From Dehalococcoidia bacterium (GTDB lineage: Bacteria; Chloroflexota; Dehalococcoidia; UBA2979): a DNA stretch of 64,000 nt. Under the pieces are notes generated by a model. It saw only the letters and a program-made list of their open reading frames with translations, ran no database searches and was not told the DNA's origin. The translations under genes and the position numbers were made by a program. Location: contig OZ244720.1 of NCBI GenBank assembly GCA_965219085.1, forward strand, positions 2,912,001 to 2,976,000. Direction: 5' to 3'. This document shows positions 1 to 11,200 of the stretch, piece by piece. Each line of letters opens with the position of its first letter. Position 1 is the first letter of the stretch.

Positions 1-11
1 GGAGCCAACGC

Positions 12-1493
12 GTGAGCGTCGTGCGGCCAGGCAACGAGGACTTCGGCGCGCGGCTGAGCTTCGACCGCAGCTCGCCCGGCCGGCGCGCCGTCGACGTGCC
101 TGCGTGGGACGGCGCGGAGACCCCGCTGCCCGACGCGCATCTGTTGCGCGACTCGGTGCGACTGCCGGAGCTGAGCCAGGGTGGCCTCGTGCGCTACTAC
201 ACCGCGCTCTCCGCGCGGAACTACGGCATCGACTCCGGCACCTATCCGCTGGGTTCGTGCACGATGAAGTACAACCCGAAGGTCGACGACCTCGTGGCGT
301 CGCTGCCGGGCTTCGCGACGGCGCACCCGCAGGCCCCCGCCGAGGAGGCGCAGGGCACGCTCCGCATCCTGCTGGAACTGCGCAGCGGCCTCGCCGAGGT
401 GACGGGCCTGCCCGCGGTCAGCCTCGCGCCCGCCGCCGGCGCGCAGGGCGAGCTGGCGGGCGTGCTCATGATCACGCGCGCCCTCGAGGACCGCGGCGAG
501 CTGGAGACGCGCCGCCGCATCCTCGTCCCTGACTCGGCGCACGGCACGAACCCGGCGACGGCGGCGATGGCAGGGTTCACTGTCACGCAGATCCCCACCG
601 CGGCCGATGGTTCGCTCGACCGCGCGACGATCGAGAACGAGCTGGACGAGACCGTCGCGGCGGTGATGGTCACGGTGCCGAACACCCTCGGGCTCTGGGA
701 ACAGGGCATCGAGGAGGTCGCGCACCTCATCCACGACGCCGGGGCCTACCTCTACGGCGACGGCGCGAACCTCAACGCGATCATGGGCCGCGTGCGCTAC
801 GGCGACCTCGGCTTCGACGTGGTTCACCTCAACCTGCACAAGAGTTTCAGCACCCCGCACGGCGGCGGTGGCCCGGGCGCCGGGCCCGTCTGCTGCAGCG
901 ACGAGCTGGCCCCGTACCTGCCGGCCCCGATCGTCGTCGAGGACGGCGAGGGCGTCGTGCGCCTCGAGACGCCGGAGCGCAGCATCGGCCACCTCCAGCA
1001 GTTCCACGGCAATGTCGGCGTGCTGATCCGCGCCTACGCCTACATGCGCGCGCTCGGTGGCGAGGGGCTGCGCGCGGTGTCCGGGCAGGCGGTGCTCAAC
1101 GCCAACTACCTGCGCGTGCTGATGCACGGCCACTACGACCTCCCGTACGACCGCCCGGTGCTGCACGAGGTCGTGTTCTCGGGCACCCGCCAGCGCCGCG
1201 AGCACGGCGTGCGCACGTACGACATCGCCAAGCGCCTCATCGACCACGGCTTCCACCCACCGACCGTCTACTTCCCGCTGATCGTCGAGGAAGCCCTGAT
1301 GATGGAGCCGACCGAGACGGAGCCGCCCGAGGCGATCGAGGCCCTCGCCGAGGCGATGATCGCCATCGCAGCAGAGGCCGCCGAGGATCCCGAGACGCTC
1401 CACGGCGCGCCGTGGACGGCGCCCATCGGCCGCCTCGACGAGGCCGAGGCCGCCCGCCGACCGGTCCTGCGCTGGCAGGGCAACGGCGAATAG
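12..1493 (+). CDS. gcvPB: Glycine dehydrogenase (decarboxylating) subunit 2
   Basis: Motifs YPLGSCTMKYNP, PDSAHGTNPA, HLNLHKSFSTPHGGGGPG (PLP lysine) and EPTETE. Confidence 0.95.
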   Translation: MSVVRPGNEDFGARLSFDRSSPGRRAVDVPAWDGAETPLPDAHLLRDSVRLPELSQGGLVRYYTALSARNYGIDSGTYPLGSCTMKYNPKVDDLVASLPGFATAHPQAPAEEAQGTLRILLELRSGLAEVTGLPAVSLAPAAGAQGELAGVLMITRALEDRGELETRRRILVPDSAHGTNPATAAMAGFTVTQIPTAADGSLDRATIENELDETVAAVMVTVPNTLGLWEQGIEEVAHLIHDAGAYLYGDGANLNAIMGRVRYGDLGFDVVHLNLHKSFSTPHGGGGPGAGPVCCSDELAPYLPAPIVVEDGEGVVRLETPERSIGHLQQFHGNVGVLIRAYAYMRALGGEGLRAVSGQAVLNANYLRVLMHGHYDLPYDRPVLHEVVFSGTRQRREHGVRTYDIAKRLIDHGFHPPTVYFPLIVEEALMMEPTETEPPEAIEALAEAMIAIAAEAAEDPETLHGAPWTAPIGRLDEAEAARRPVLRWQGNGE

Positions 1494-1557
1494 CCGCGGG
1501 CCTGCGGCCACGTCACGCACCGGGTACGCTGCACCTCGAACCACCGAGGGGGACATC

Positions 1558-2517
1558 GTGAGCGTGCGCGTCGGGCTCGGCATGGCCGCGTTTCCGTTCT
1601 CCTCGACGCGAGCGTTCTGGCGCTGGGTCGAGCTCTGCGAGGACGGCGGCGTCGACTCGCTCTGGCAGTCGGATCGCCTGCTCGCGAGCGACGCTTCGCC
1701 ACGCCCGCAGCTCGAGACGATGAGCCTGATGGCCGCGCTCGCCGGAGGGACGGAGCGGCTCAAGTTCGGCATGAACGTCGTCGTGCTCCCGCTGCGCGAC
1801 CCCATCGCACTGGCCGCCGAGTGTGCGACGATCGACTTCCTCAGCGACGGCCGGCTCCTCCCCGCCTTCGGCGTCGGCGGTAACGCCTCGTCCGCCTGGG
1901 CCGCGACCGGCCGCGAGGCCAGTGGCCGCGGCGCCCGTTCGAACGAGGCGCTGGAGATCATGACCGCGCTGTGGCGCGGCGAGCGCGTGACGTTCGAGGG
2001 GCGAGCACTACCGCGTCGCGGACGCCTCGATCGCCCCGACGCCGGTGCAGCAGCCGATGCCGCTGTGGATCGGCGGCTCCAGCCAGGCGGCGATACGCCG
2101 CACGGTGCGCTACGGCAACGGCTGGCTCGGCGGGCTACAGGACGCCGGCGCAGGTCGCGCCCGTCGTCGCGTCGATCCGGGATGAGGCGGCGCGGCAGGG
2201 CAAGCGCATCCCCGACGACCACTACGGCGCGAACATCACGTACCGCTTCGGCTCGTGGGACGAACACGAGGTCGAGCAAGCGACTGCGGCCTTCGCGCGC
2301 CTCGCCGTCCAGGATCGCCCCGACCCGCGCGAGCACTTCGCCGTCGGCGATGCCGCCGACATCATCCGTCGCATCGAGGAGTACGTGGCCGTCGGCGTCA
2401 CGAAGTTCGTCGTGCGCCCCATCGCCGAGGGCGATGACGCGCTCATGGAGCCAGACGCAGCGCCTCATCGAGGAGGTGGTGCCGGTGGTGCATCGAGAGG
2501 ATGGGGACGGCGCGTAG
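1558..2517 (+). CDS. LLM-class flavin-dependent oxidoreductase (three +1 frameshifts in this sequence)
   Basis: N-terminal LLM motifs (DSLWQSDRL, TERLKFGMNVVVLPLRDP). The continuation PVQQPMPLWIGGSS...GNGWLGG appears only after removing single extra bases at about 2000, 2140 and 2451. Confidence 0.8.
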   Translation: MSVRVGLGMAAFPFSSTRAFWRWVELCEDGGVDSLWQSDRLLASDASPRPQLETMSLMAALAGGTERLKFGMNVVVLPLRDPIALAAECATIDFLSDGRLLPAFGVGGNASSAWAATGREASGRGARSNEALEIMTALWRGERVTFEGRALPRRGRLDRPDAGAAADAAVDRRLQPGGDTPHGALRQRLARRATGRRRRSRPSSRRSGMRRRGRASASPTTTTARTSRTASARGTNTRSSKRLRPSRASPSRIAPTRASTSPSAMPPTSSVASRSTWPSASRSSSCAPSPRAMTRSWSQTQRLIEEVVPVVHREDGDGA

Positions 2518-2530
2518 CCGCGGGGCCTGC

Positions 2531-2737
2531 CTAGCCCAGCACGGCAATCAGTACGGCAGTCGCGAGGGTAACGACGGCGAGCGTCCAGGCCCCGAGCCGG
2601 ATCAGAAGCTTGTCCACCACGCGGTCGGCGGCGTCCTCGACCATTTTAGCTATGGCGACTCCGACGGCGTCAGCCTGCTCTGGTTCGAGGCCACCCTCGG
2701 AACGGAGGTCGCGCATCGTTTCGGCGATCCGGGCCAT
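2531..2737 (-). CDS. Small DUF1640/CCDC90-like protein with C-terminal TM helix
   Basis: MARIAETMRDLRSEGGLEPEQADAV... followed by a hydrophobic C-terminus. GAGAGGA SD lies upstream of the ATG at 2737. Confidence 0.6.
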   Translation of the reverse strand: MARIAETMRDLRSEGGLEPEQADAVGVAIAKMVEDAADRVVDKLLIRLGAWTLAVVTLATAVLIAVLG

Positions 2738-2808
2738 GGACGGGGTTCCTCTCAGCCTGGTCTCCCGCGTCGGGTCAACGGCGGACGCGGGTTCTCGGGC
2801 GCAGCGCA

Positions 2809-3012
2809 CTACGTCAACTGGATCACCGCAACGGCGGCGCTGAGCATCGCTGCGTTCACCGTGGTCATGCCCAAACCGAGGAACAACAACCCACGATACA
2901 GTTCCGCCTTTGTGGCGAGATGGCGAGTCGCGTCAGCAAGAGAGTCGGCAATGGCGTCAGCTTGCACATCATTGAAGCCCGCGTTTTGTAATCGCCGGGT
3001 TTCGGAAGTCAC
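2809..3012 (-). CDS. Small DUF1640/CCDC90-like protein with C-terminal TM helix
   Basis: RRLQNAGFNDVQADAI...LATKAEL signature and a hydrophobic tail. TTGACA lies upstream. Confidence 0.65.
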   Translation of the reverse strand: MTSETRRLQNAGFNDVQADAIADSLADATRHLATKAELYRGLLFLGLGMTTVNAAMLSAAVAVIQLT

Positions 3013-3086
3013 GATCCACGTCCCGTTCGCATACTTACGGTGCGATGTGCGGATGTTCGTGTCAATAGTGATCCGGCCAATATAAA

Positions 3087-3835
3087 TTATCGGATATGGC
3101 GATGTGATTCAGCCGAGCGCGGCCCCGGCCGGGTCCATTCCGCGGCCGACGGTTTCGTCTCCCCGACCAACTCCCCATCCGCCATCTCGAAGATGCGGCC
3201 GACGTGCTCGATCATCAGCGGGTCGTGGGTGGCGGCGATCACCGTCGTGCCCTCCGCGCTGATGGCCTGGAGCAACTCGAAGATCTGCGCGCCGGTCGCC
3301 GAGTCCAGCTCGCCTGTCGGCTCGTCGGCGATGAGCAGCGGGGGGCGGTTCGCGATCGCGCGCGCGATTGCGACGCGCTGCTGCTCGCCGCCCGACAGCT
3401 CGTAGGGGCGATGATCGCCGCGCGGCCCGAGCCCGACGAGGTCGATGACCTCGTTCGCCCGCTCCGAGGCCGCACGCCCGTTGCACCCCGGCGATGCGCA
3501 GCGCCAGCTCGACGTTCTCGCGCGCCGAGAACAGCGGCAGCAGGGCGAACGACTGGAACACGAAGCCGATGCTGTGGCGGCGCAGGTCGGTGAGCCGCGC
3601 CTCGCTCGCTGTCGAGACCTCCTCGCCCGCGAGGTGCACGCTGCCGCTGTCGGGGCGGTCGAGGCCGGCGATGAGGTTGAGCAGCGTGGTCTTGCCGGAG
3701 CCCGAGCGCCCGCGCAGCGCGACGAACTCGCCCTCTCCGACATCGAGCGTGACGTTGCGCACGGCATGCACCACGGTGGCCGCTGAGCTCGAAGTTGCGG
3801 CTCACCTCGCGCGTCTCGACGAGCGCCGGCGTCAC
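3087..3835 (-). CDS. ABC transporter ATP-binding protein, LolD/MacB type (two +1 frameshifts)
   Basis: Walker A GRSGSGKT, LSGGEQQR and ADEPTG are spread over three frames, with shifts at about 3780 and 3485. The start overlaps the stop of the upstream ATPase. Confidence 0.85.
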
Positions 3836-4809
3836 GGGGCGCCCCGCAGCGGCGCGCGCGGCGGCTCCGGCGGCGGCTCGTTCGAGAACTCGCGCGGCGG
3901 CCCGGCCGGCGCGCCCTCGTCCGCACGCACCTCGATGTGGTCGCCGACGAGGTCGACGCGTGCGCGCGTGCCGAGGCCGAGGTGCTCCGCGATCTCGCGC
4001 GGCACCTGCAGCCGCCCGCTGCGGTCGACGATCGCGTACTCGTCGACGTCCTGCTCGTGTGCGCGGGTGAAGCGCGCGCGCCGCACGACCTCGGCGCTCG
4101 TCTTGCCGTCGCGGAACGCGACGATGCGGTGCACGCGGTCGATGATCGAGGCGTCGTGGGTGACGATCACGATCGTCACGCCCGTCTGCTCGTTCAGCTC
4201 CTCGAAGACGTCGAAGACCTCGGCGGCGGTGGCGTTGTCGAGCTCGCCCGTGGGCTCGTCGGCGAGCAGCAGCGGCGGGTCGTTGGCGAGCGCGACGGCG
4301 ATCGCGACGCGCTGCTGCTCGCCACCCGAGAGCTGGTCGGGGCGGTTGGGCTCTTTGTCGGCGAGTCCGACACGCGCCAGCAGCTCGCGCGCGCGGTCGC
4401 GCGCCGCGCCACGCGCCACGCCCTCGATCAGCATCGGCAGCTCGACGTTCTCGCGCGCGCCGAGGTAGGGGATGAGGTTGCGGCCGGTCTGCTGCCAGAC
4501 GAAGCCGACCTCGGTTCGGCGGTAGTCGACGAGCTCCTCGGTGGGCGTGGTCAGCAGGTCGCGGCCACCGACCTCGACGTAGCCGGCCGAGGCCTGGTCG
4601 AGGCCGGCGAAGATGTTGAGCAGCGTGCTCTTGCCGGATCCCGACGCGCCGACGAGCGCCATCATCTCGCCGCGGTACACCTCGAGGTCGAGTCCGCGTA
4701 GCGCGACGACCTCAAGGTCCTCGGACTTGTAGATCTTGAAGACGTCCTCGCAGCGGATGTAGGGCTGCTCGTCGTCGCTGATGCGCGGGTCGGTTCGCTC
4801 GGTGGTCAT
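3832..4809 (-). CDS. ABC transporter ATP-binding protein with C-terminal AbrB/SpoVT-like domain
   Basis: GASGSGKS, LSGGEQQR, ADEPTGELD. The tail VDRSGRLQVPREIAEHLGL resembles an AbrB swapped hairpin. Confidence 0.9.
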   Translation of the reverse strand: MTTERTDPRISDDEQPYIRCEDVFKIYKSEDLEVVALRGLDLEVYRGEMMALVGASGSGKSTLLNIFAGLDQASAGYVEVGGRDLLTTPTEELVDYRRTEVGFVWQQTGRNLIPYLGARENVELPMLIEGVARGAARDRARELLARVGLADKEPNRPDQLSGGEQQRVAIAVALANDPPLLLADEPTGELDNATAAEVFDVFEELNEQTGVTIVIVTHDASIIDRVHRIVAFRDGKTSAEVVRRARFTRAHEQDVDEYAIVDRSGRLQVPREIAEHLGLGTRARVDLVGDHIEVRADEGAPAGPPREFSNEPPPEPPRAPLRGAP

Positions 4810-7800
4810 GCGTCACCCACCCGTAGCGCGCGGTGCAGCGCGAGGCGCGCGTAGAGCAGCACTACGGCGAGCACGGTCAGCACGAACACGGCTCCCAGGA
4901 TGCCCCACACGAGCACGATCTCCCAGCGCGACACGGCGAGCGCGAACGGCGGGAGCACCTCGGCGCCGCTCTCGTCGAGGCCGAAGAAGTCCATCATCAG
5001 CCGGCCCACCTGTAAGCCCACGATCGTACCGAGGCCCATCCCCGCGAGGACCACGAAGAGGTGCTCCAACAGCACCACCCCGAAGACCTGCACGCGCGAG
5101 AACCCCAGCGTACGCAACACCGCGAACTCCAGCCTCCGCTGCTGTGCCGTCAGATACGAGTAGATCAGGAACCCGATCGCCGATAGCAGCAACACCGCCG
5201 CGAACGAGATCGCGAGGATGCCCTCCCAGCCGGCCGCGATCAGCGGGTCCTCCTCCTGCCGCGCTCGCTCCCCTTCGACGTCGAGGAGCACGCGCGGATC
5301 GTACGCCGCGAGCGCCGCGCTGCTCGCGGGTGGGTCGTCCGAGGCGACCCAGACGCTGTTGTACGCGAGCGTCGAGTTGGGCAGGGACGCGTTCGCGTTC
5401 ACCTGCAGGCGGCTGGCGTGCACGATCGCGAATCCCCGGTTGCTGTTCGCGTCGAACGTGGGGAACAGGTCGAACGACCCGCCGTAGGTGGCTTCGATGT
5501 GCGCGCCGGCGACGTTGAGAACCGCGTCGTCTCCGGGCTCGAGCTCCAGTCGGCGCGTGGCGTCGCTGGAGAGGTAGACGAGCGTGCGCCCGCCGGGGAT
5601 CACCTGCCGGATGCCGCGGCGCGAGGTCGGCTGCTCCTCGTCGAGCCACTCGTAGCGCAGCGAGACGCTCGAGCCGGGCGGCGCGTCGGCGTCGGCGCGG
5701 ATCCGGTCATCGACCTGGCGTTGCAGGGTGCCCTGCAGCACCTCGAACCCCGGATCGGTGAACACGTGGGCGAGGGTCGCGCCCTCGAACGGCGCATCGG
5801 CGTGCTGCGGCCGCCCCCGCTCGAACGGCGTCGCAGGGGGCAGCGGCGAGGTCATCGCCGGGCCGAGCAGCATCACGCCGCGCTGCGCGCCGATGGTGCT
5901 GCGCGTGTAGATGATGACCGACTGCAGCGCGATCGGCGGCTCGATGCGAGCGGCCAGCTGGCGGCCGGTGCGCCCCCGTAGCTGGTGGAGGTCGATCGAG
6001 AAGAAGCGCCACTCCTCGGTCGCCTGGTCGGCGGGGCGCACGGAACCGAGCCAGCCCGAGGAGAGCTGCCCGCGCGCATCGCGAAAGACGGCGAGCAGGT
6101 CCATCCGCGCCCGGACATCAAGGAGCTTCGCCCACATCCCGAACTGCCGCGCGTCGGTGGGCAGCGTGACGTACTCCACGGCCGTCGCGTTGCCCTCGAG
6201 GTCCTCGAGCATCGCCTGGAGCGAGCCTACGGCGAAGTCGGAGCGGAACCATGCGACGTCGCCGAAGGTGTCCGGGTCAACGCCGAGGATCTCGATGCGG
6301 GCGTTCTCGCCACTCACGCTGATCGAGCCGTCGTCGCGGATCACGGGACTCGCGACCCGTGCCGGGATCGCGCCGACCGCGGCGACGAACGCGGCGTCGC
6401 CCTGGCGGGCGAGGGCGCGAATGTGGGTCGCACGCACGTCGGCGCCGACCGCGTAGTGGGTGCGGTCGTCGTAAGACCGGTCGAGCGTGGCGGAGAACGT
6501 CGCGCCGAACATGCCGACACCGGTCGCAAGCATGAGCATCAGGATCAGCCGCGAATAGTGCGTCGGGTTGCGCGCGAGCGCGCGCGTGCCGACCAGCAGC
6601 GCGACGCCGCGGCTGCGCGCCACGAGCCACGCGACGAGCCGCAGCACGAGCGGGAAGAGCCGCAGGAACACGATCCCGGCGGTGAGCATCGCCACCGCGG
6701 GGGTCGCGAGCAGGAACGGGTCGGCGTGCGGGTCGCCGAACAGCGGCTCGTCGAACAGATCGTTCTCGCGCCGCAGCCGCCAGAACACGATCGCGAGCAC
6801 CACGACGAGCGCGACGTCGAGGTAGTAGCGCAGGAACAGCGGCGCCCGGCGTGGGCGCGCCGCGTTGCGCTTGAACCCCACCACCGTCTGCCGCGTCGCC
6901 TGCCACGCCGGCGCCATGAACGACGCGAACGCGAGCAACCCGCCCCCGCCCGCCAGCGCGAACGAGAGCGCTGAGAGGTGGACATCGAGCGGCGCCCCGC
7001 CGGAGAGGTCTGAGAACGCCGGCGTGGGCCCCAGCGCGGCGATTGCCGTCGCCGCAATCGGCGGCCCCGCCGCGACGGCGAGCGTGGCGAGGATCGCGCC
7101 CTCGATCCCGTACTGCACGAGGAGTTGCGCGGTGGTCGCGCCACGGCTCCGCAGCGTCGCGATCTCCTCGGCCTGCCGCTCCAGCAGCATCGTCGAGACG
7201 ACGAGGAGGTAGTAGGCGACCACGCCGCCGATCTGCAGCAGCAGCACGAACAGGGGGATGCGCACGAAGAACAGCTTGTCGTCGAAGGCCTCCAGCACGC
7301 GCACCAGATCCGTGTCAACGCGGAGCAGGTTCTCGGTCGCGCCAAGGCGGCCCTCGAGCCGCTCGAGCGAGGAGGCGACTCCCTCGGCGCCGCGAGAGTT
7401 CAGCCGCTCGCGCTCCACCTGGTAGACATCGAGGTAGCGCGCGGTCATCGACGGAATCGCCCGGGCGGGCGTGCCGAAGAATGCCTCTTGCGACACGAAG
7501 AACAGGTAGGTGGGCCACGACGCGGTCTGCGAGTCGAGCAGGTCCGTGAGGCCTCCCCAGTAGCGCTCGCTCATGTCGTTCGCCTCGATGAGGCCGACCA
7601 GCACCACGGTGAGCGGTGGGATGTCGCTGCTCCACGACGGGTGGAGGTCAAACCGTTGGCCGAGCGCGAAGCCGTTTGCGCGCGCCGTCTCCGCGCCCAG
7701 CAGCACCTCGACGGCGCCGTCCGCCGCGGCGCCGCCCGGCGCAGGCAGACTGCCGGCGGTCAGCACGACGTGGTCGAGGAGCTCCGTGCGGAAGCGCAGG

Positions 7801-8189
7801 TTTGCACGTGGCCGGGCGTCGTCGTCGAGATTCGGTACGCCACCCGGCGCGCTCGGGTAGAAGGTCGCCGTCGTGCCCTGCCGGACCACGGCGCCACGAG
7901 CCTCGCCGAGGGACGCGTCGAGGGCTCGATCGATGCGCTCCCGCGAGCGTTCATAGAGCGGGGCACGGATCGCGATGTTCGTCTGGGCGACGCGGACGTC
8001 GAGGTCGTGGACGGACTCGGCCTCCAGGGCGTGGGCGAGGCCGAGGTCGCGGATCGCGTCGGCGTAGATGACGGTGGAGGCGAGGATCGCGCCGGCGATC
8101 AGCGTGCCGATGACGACGCTCGCGAGCAGCCGCCAGTTACCGAGCATGCGGCGGACGACAATCACCGGCAGCGAACGGAAGTGCCGCAC
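4806..8189 (-). CDS. Large FtsX/MacB-like ABC permease
   Basis: Two FtsX-type motifs (EEIATLRSRGAT, EFAVLRTLGFS), many TM helices and two large extracytoplasmic loops. GTG at 8189 chosen because TAGAAT lies 7 nt upstream; the ORF is open to 8255. Confidence 0.85.
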   Translation of the reverse strand: MRHFRSLPVIVVRRMLGNWRLLASVVIGTLIAGAILASTVIYADAIRDLGLAHALEAESVHDLDVRVAQTNIAIRAPLYERSRERIDRALDASLGEARGAVVRQGTTATFYPSAPGGVPNLDDDARPRANLRFRTELLDHVVLTAGSLPAPGGAAADGAVEVLLGAETARANGFALGQRFDLHPSWSSDIPPLTVVLVGLIEANDMSERYWGGLTDLLDSQTASWPTYLFFVSQEAFFGTPARAIPSMTARYLDVYQVERERLNSRGAEGVASSLERLEGRLGATENLLRVDTDLVRVLEAFDDKLFFVRIPLFVLLLQIGGVVAYYLLVVSTMLLERQAEEIATLRSRGATTAQLLVQYGIEGAILATLAVAAGPPIAATAIAALGPTPAFSDLSGGAPLDVHLSALSFALAGGGGLLAFASFMAPAWQATRQTVVGFKRNAARPRRAPLFLRYYLDVALVVVLAIVFWRLRRENDLFDEPLFGDPHADPFLLATPAVAMLTAGIVFLRLFPLVLRLVAWLVARSRGVALLVGTRALARNPTHYSRLILMLMLATGVGMFGATFSATLDRSYDDRTHYAVGADVRATHIRALARQGDAAFVAAVGAIPARVASPVIRDDGSISVSGENARIEILGVDPDTFGDVAWFRSDFAVGSLQAMLEDLEGNATAVEYVTLPTDARQFGMWAKLLDVRARMDLLAVFRDARGQLSSGWLGSVRPADQATEEWRFFSIDLHQLRGRTGRQLAARIEPPIALQSVIIYTRSTIGAQRGVMLLGPAMTSPLPPATPFERGRPQHADAPFEGATLAHVFTDPGFEVLQGTLQRQVDDRIRADADAPPGSSVSLRYEWLDEEQPTSRRGIRQVIPGGRTLVYLSSDATRRLELEPGDDAVLNVAGAHIEATYGGSFDLFPTFDANSNRGFAIVHASRLQVNANASLPNSTLAYNSVWVASDDPPASSAALAAYDPRVLLDVEGERARQEEDPLIAAGWEGILAISFAAVLLLSAIGFLIYSYLTAQQRRLEFAVLRTLGFSRVQVFGVVLLEHLFVVLAGMGLGTIVGLQVGRLMMDFFGLDESGAEVLPPFALAVSRWEIVLVWGILGAVFVLTVLAVVLLYARLALHRALRVGDA

Positions 8190-8283
8190 GTCGGAGATTC
8201 TACGGGCGGATGGCCTCGGACGCTGCACGCGCGGCCCGGACCCGCCCGTGCCCATGTCGCCTCGTCACCCCTAGACTGTCGGC

Positions 8284-11200
8284 GTGGGCGAGCTCTTCTC
8301 CGTCTGGCGGTTCGCGCTGCGGCGCTTCGCGTCGAACTGGCCGCTCATGCTCCTGCTCGCCGCCGGGGCGCTGCTGGCGACGACGCTGCTCGCCACCGCA
8401 CCCATCTACGCCGACGCGATGTCCGACGTCGGCCTGCGCTTCAGACTCGATCGCCACCTCGACGAGCCGCGCACGCGCGTGCCCAACCTCTACGCCGACG
8501 GCCTCCGCCTCGCCGACCCGGTGCAACTCGCGCAGACGCGGGCGTTCGAGGCCGTGACCGAGGCGCGCGTCGGCTGGCTCGGCCATGAGGTCCTCACGGC
8601 GCAACGCACCGACCCGCTGACGCTCCAGTTCACGGACGACTCAGACCGCGAGCCCTGGCGGGCGCGGCTCATCCACCTCGGCGGGTACGAGGAGCACGTC
8701 GCGGTTGTCTACGGCCGCCTGCCGTCACCAGACGCTACGACCGCCGAGGTCGTGCTGCCCGAGGCATTCGCGAGTGTCGCCAACCTCGGTGATCGCGTGC
8801 GGCTGACCGCGCGCACGTTCAACGACTGCCGCCGCGTGCCGACCTCGGAGGACGAGAACGTCGCAGCAGAGGAGGTGCGGTGCCAGCCGACCACCTTCGT
8901 GCGCACGAGTATCGAGGCCGAGGTCGTCGGTTTCGTGCGGCCCAACGACCCGGACGACCTGCGCTGGCAGGTGTTCGAGGACCGCGAGCTCACGCCCGGC
9001 GGTCCGGGTCAGCCCGACAGAGGCTCGCAGTCGATCCCGCTGCTCACCTCCGCCGAGTACTTCAACGGCGCGCTCACCGTGCAGATGCCGGAGCTGCTCT
9101 CCCGCTACCGCGTGGGGCTCGTCGCCGACCTCGATGGCATTGCGGTACGGGATGTGCCGCGCGCGCTCGACGACCTCGCTGCCTGGCCGCGCGACGTGCG
9201 GGACGGGCTCGGGCTGGAAGCCGGTGGACGCGTCGAGTTCGCCACCGCCCTGGCGCGGTTCCGCAACGCGAGCACGTTCTCGCAGGTGCCATTGTTGCTG
9301 CTGTTGCTGCAGGTCGCGGGGGTCGTGGGCTTCTATCTCGTCGTCGTGACGTCGCTGGCGCGGGCGCGCCAGGCCGAGGAGGTCGCGGTCTACCGCAGCC
9401 GCGGCGCCAGCACCTCGCAGCTGATCGGGCTGAACCTGGCCGAGGGCCTGCTGGTCGCGGTGCCAGCGGCGCTGCTCGGTCCCTTCCTCGCGCGGATCGC
9501 GGTCGGCGCGCTCGGCTACACGCCGGCCTTCTCGGCCATCACCGGCGGGGAGCCGCTGGCCGCCTCGGTCAGCGAGGACGCCTTCCTGCTCGCTGCGGGT
9601 GGAGCCGCGCTGGCCCTCGCGGCGATGCTGCTCCCGACGATCGGCGCGGTGCGGCGCGCGGTAGTCGACGCGAAGCGCGAGCAGGCCCGCCCGGCGGAGC
9701 GCGGCTGGTTCCGGCGCTACCACCTCGACCTCGCCCTCGTCGCGCTGGCCGCGCTGCTGTTCTGGCAGCTCGACCGCCGCGGCGCGGTCTTCGACCCGCA
9801 GTCCGTGGGCGGGTGGCAGGCAGACCCGCTGTTGCTGCTCTCGCCGCTCGTGATGACCGCGGCCGCCGCAGCGATGGTGCTGCGGCTCTACTCACCGCTG
9901 CTGCGGCTGGCGGCCTGGCTGCTGCGCCCGCTGCGAGGCACGACCGTGACGCTCGGCATCGGCCGCGCGGGCCGCGACCCCGCTACCGGGGCACGGCTGT
10001 TGCTGCTCGTGCTCATCGCGATTGCCGTCGGCGCCTTCGCCGCCTCGTACGCCCCGACCGTAGCCCGCTCCTTCGACGACCGCGCGCGCTACGAGCACGG
10101 CGTCGACATGCGCGCGGCGATCGCGAACTTCGACCTGCCGTCGGGCCACGAGGGACTGGAGCAGCTGCGGTCGGTCGACGGCGTCGAGCGCGCCATCGTC
10201 GTGCACCGCGGCTCGATCGGTGTGCTGCGTGGCGGCTCGGTACCGCTGCTCGCAATCCAGGGGGGCGCGGCTGTGGCCCCGATGCTCTCGTTCCGCGATG
10301 ACTTCGCCGAGGAACCGCCGGAGCAGCTGCTCGGCCACCTCGATCTCGGCGTCCCTCTCGACGGCGGTGTGGCGCTGCCGGACGACACGGTGGCCTTGGC
10401 GATCTACGCCTACAGCAAGGAGACACCGCGGATTGGGCGGCTGCGCGCCTCGATCCGCGACGGCAACGGCGACTACCACGACGCCGTCTTCAGCGGGCTG
10501 GAGACCGGGACGTGGACGGAGTTGCAGACCGAGCTCCCGCCAGGGCTGGCGGCGCCGCTCACCCTCGCCAGCCTGCGGTTCATGGACCGGCGCGTGATCG
10601 TCCACGACGACGGCTCGATCTTCTTCGACGACCTCACAGCCGTCCGTGCGAACGGCGCACGCGAGGTCATCGAGCACTTCGACGACCAGTTCGGCTGGGC
10701 CATGTACTCGCAGCGGGGCGCCGCCGAGACGTTCGGACCGTCGGACGAGCGCGCGCGATCGGGCGCGCGGTCCGCGCGCTGGACGTGGACGCGCGAGGTC
10801 ACCGACCGCGCGCGCGTGCTCGCGCCTCAGGGCCCCAGCGTGCCGCTGAACGCCATCTTCAGCGAGCGGGCCCTGGCGTTCTTCGGGGTGCAACCCGGCG
10901 AGCGCACAGCCGGACTCCTCGGCGACCGGTTCGCGGTGCCGCTGATCGTGCGCTCGACGGCCGAGGTGTTCCCGACGCTCGATCCCGCGCATGGGTTCGT
11001 GATCGTCGACTACGAGCAGTTCCGGGCTGTCGCGGGCGCCCTCGGCTCCCGCGGCCAGCAGATACCGACCGAGTTGTGGGTCGATTTCGCCGAGGACGTC
11101 CCGCTCGCCGCCCAGGAGGCGATCGCCGAGCAGACCCGGGACAACACGTGGATGCAGTTCGACGCCGGCGAGCCGCTGCTACTCGCCGCGCGGCTCGAGG

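Noticed and set aside
3044-3062. LexA-like box (CGAACATCCGCAC) and a similar site upstream of uvrB (about 39927-39940)
   Set aside because: Each has two mismatches to GAAC-N4-GTTC, which is too weak without a genome-wide matrix.
1990-3790. Five +1 frameshifts in the LLM gene and ABC ATPase as programmed frameshifting or pseudogenes
   Set aside because: All are single-base insertions, mostly in short runs, with no in-frame stops and no slippery heptamers. This is typical of long-read consensus error; read data are needed to confirm.
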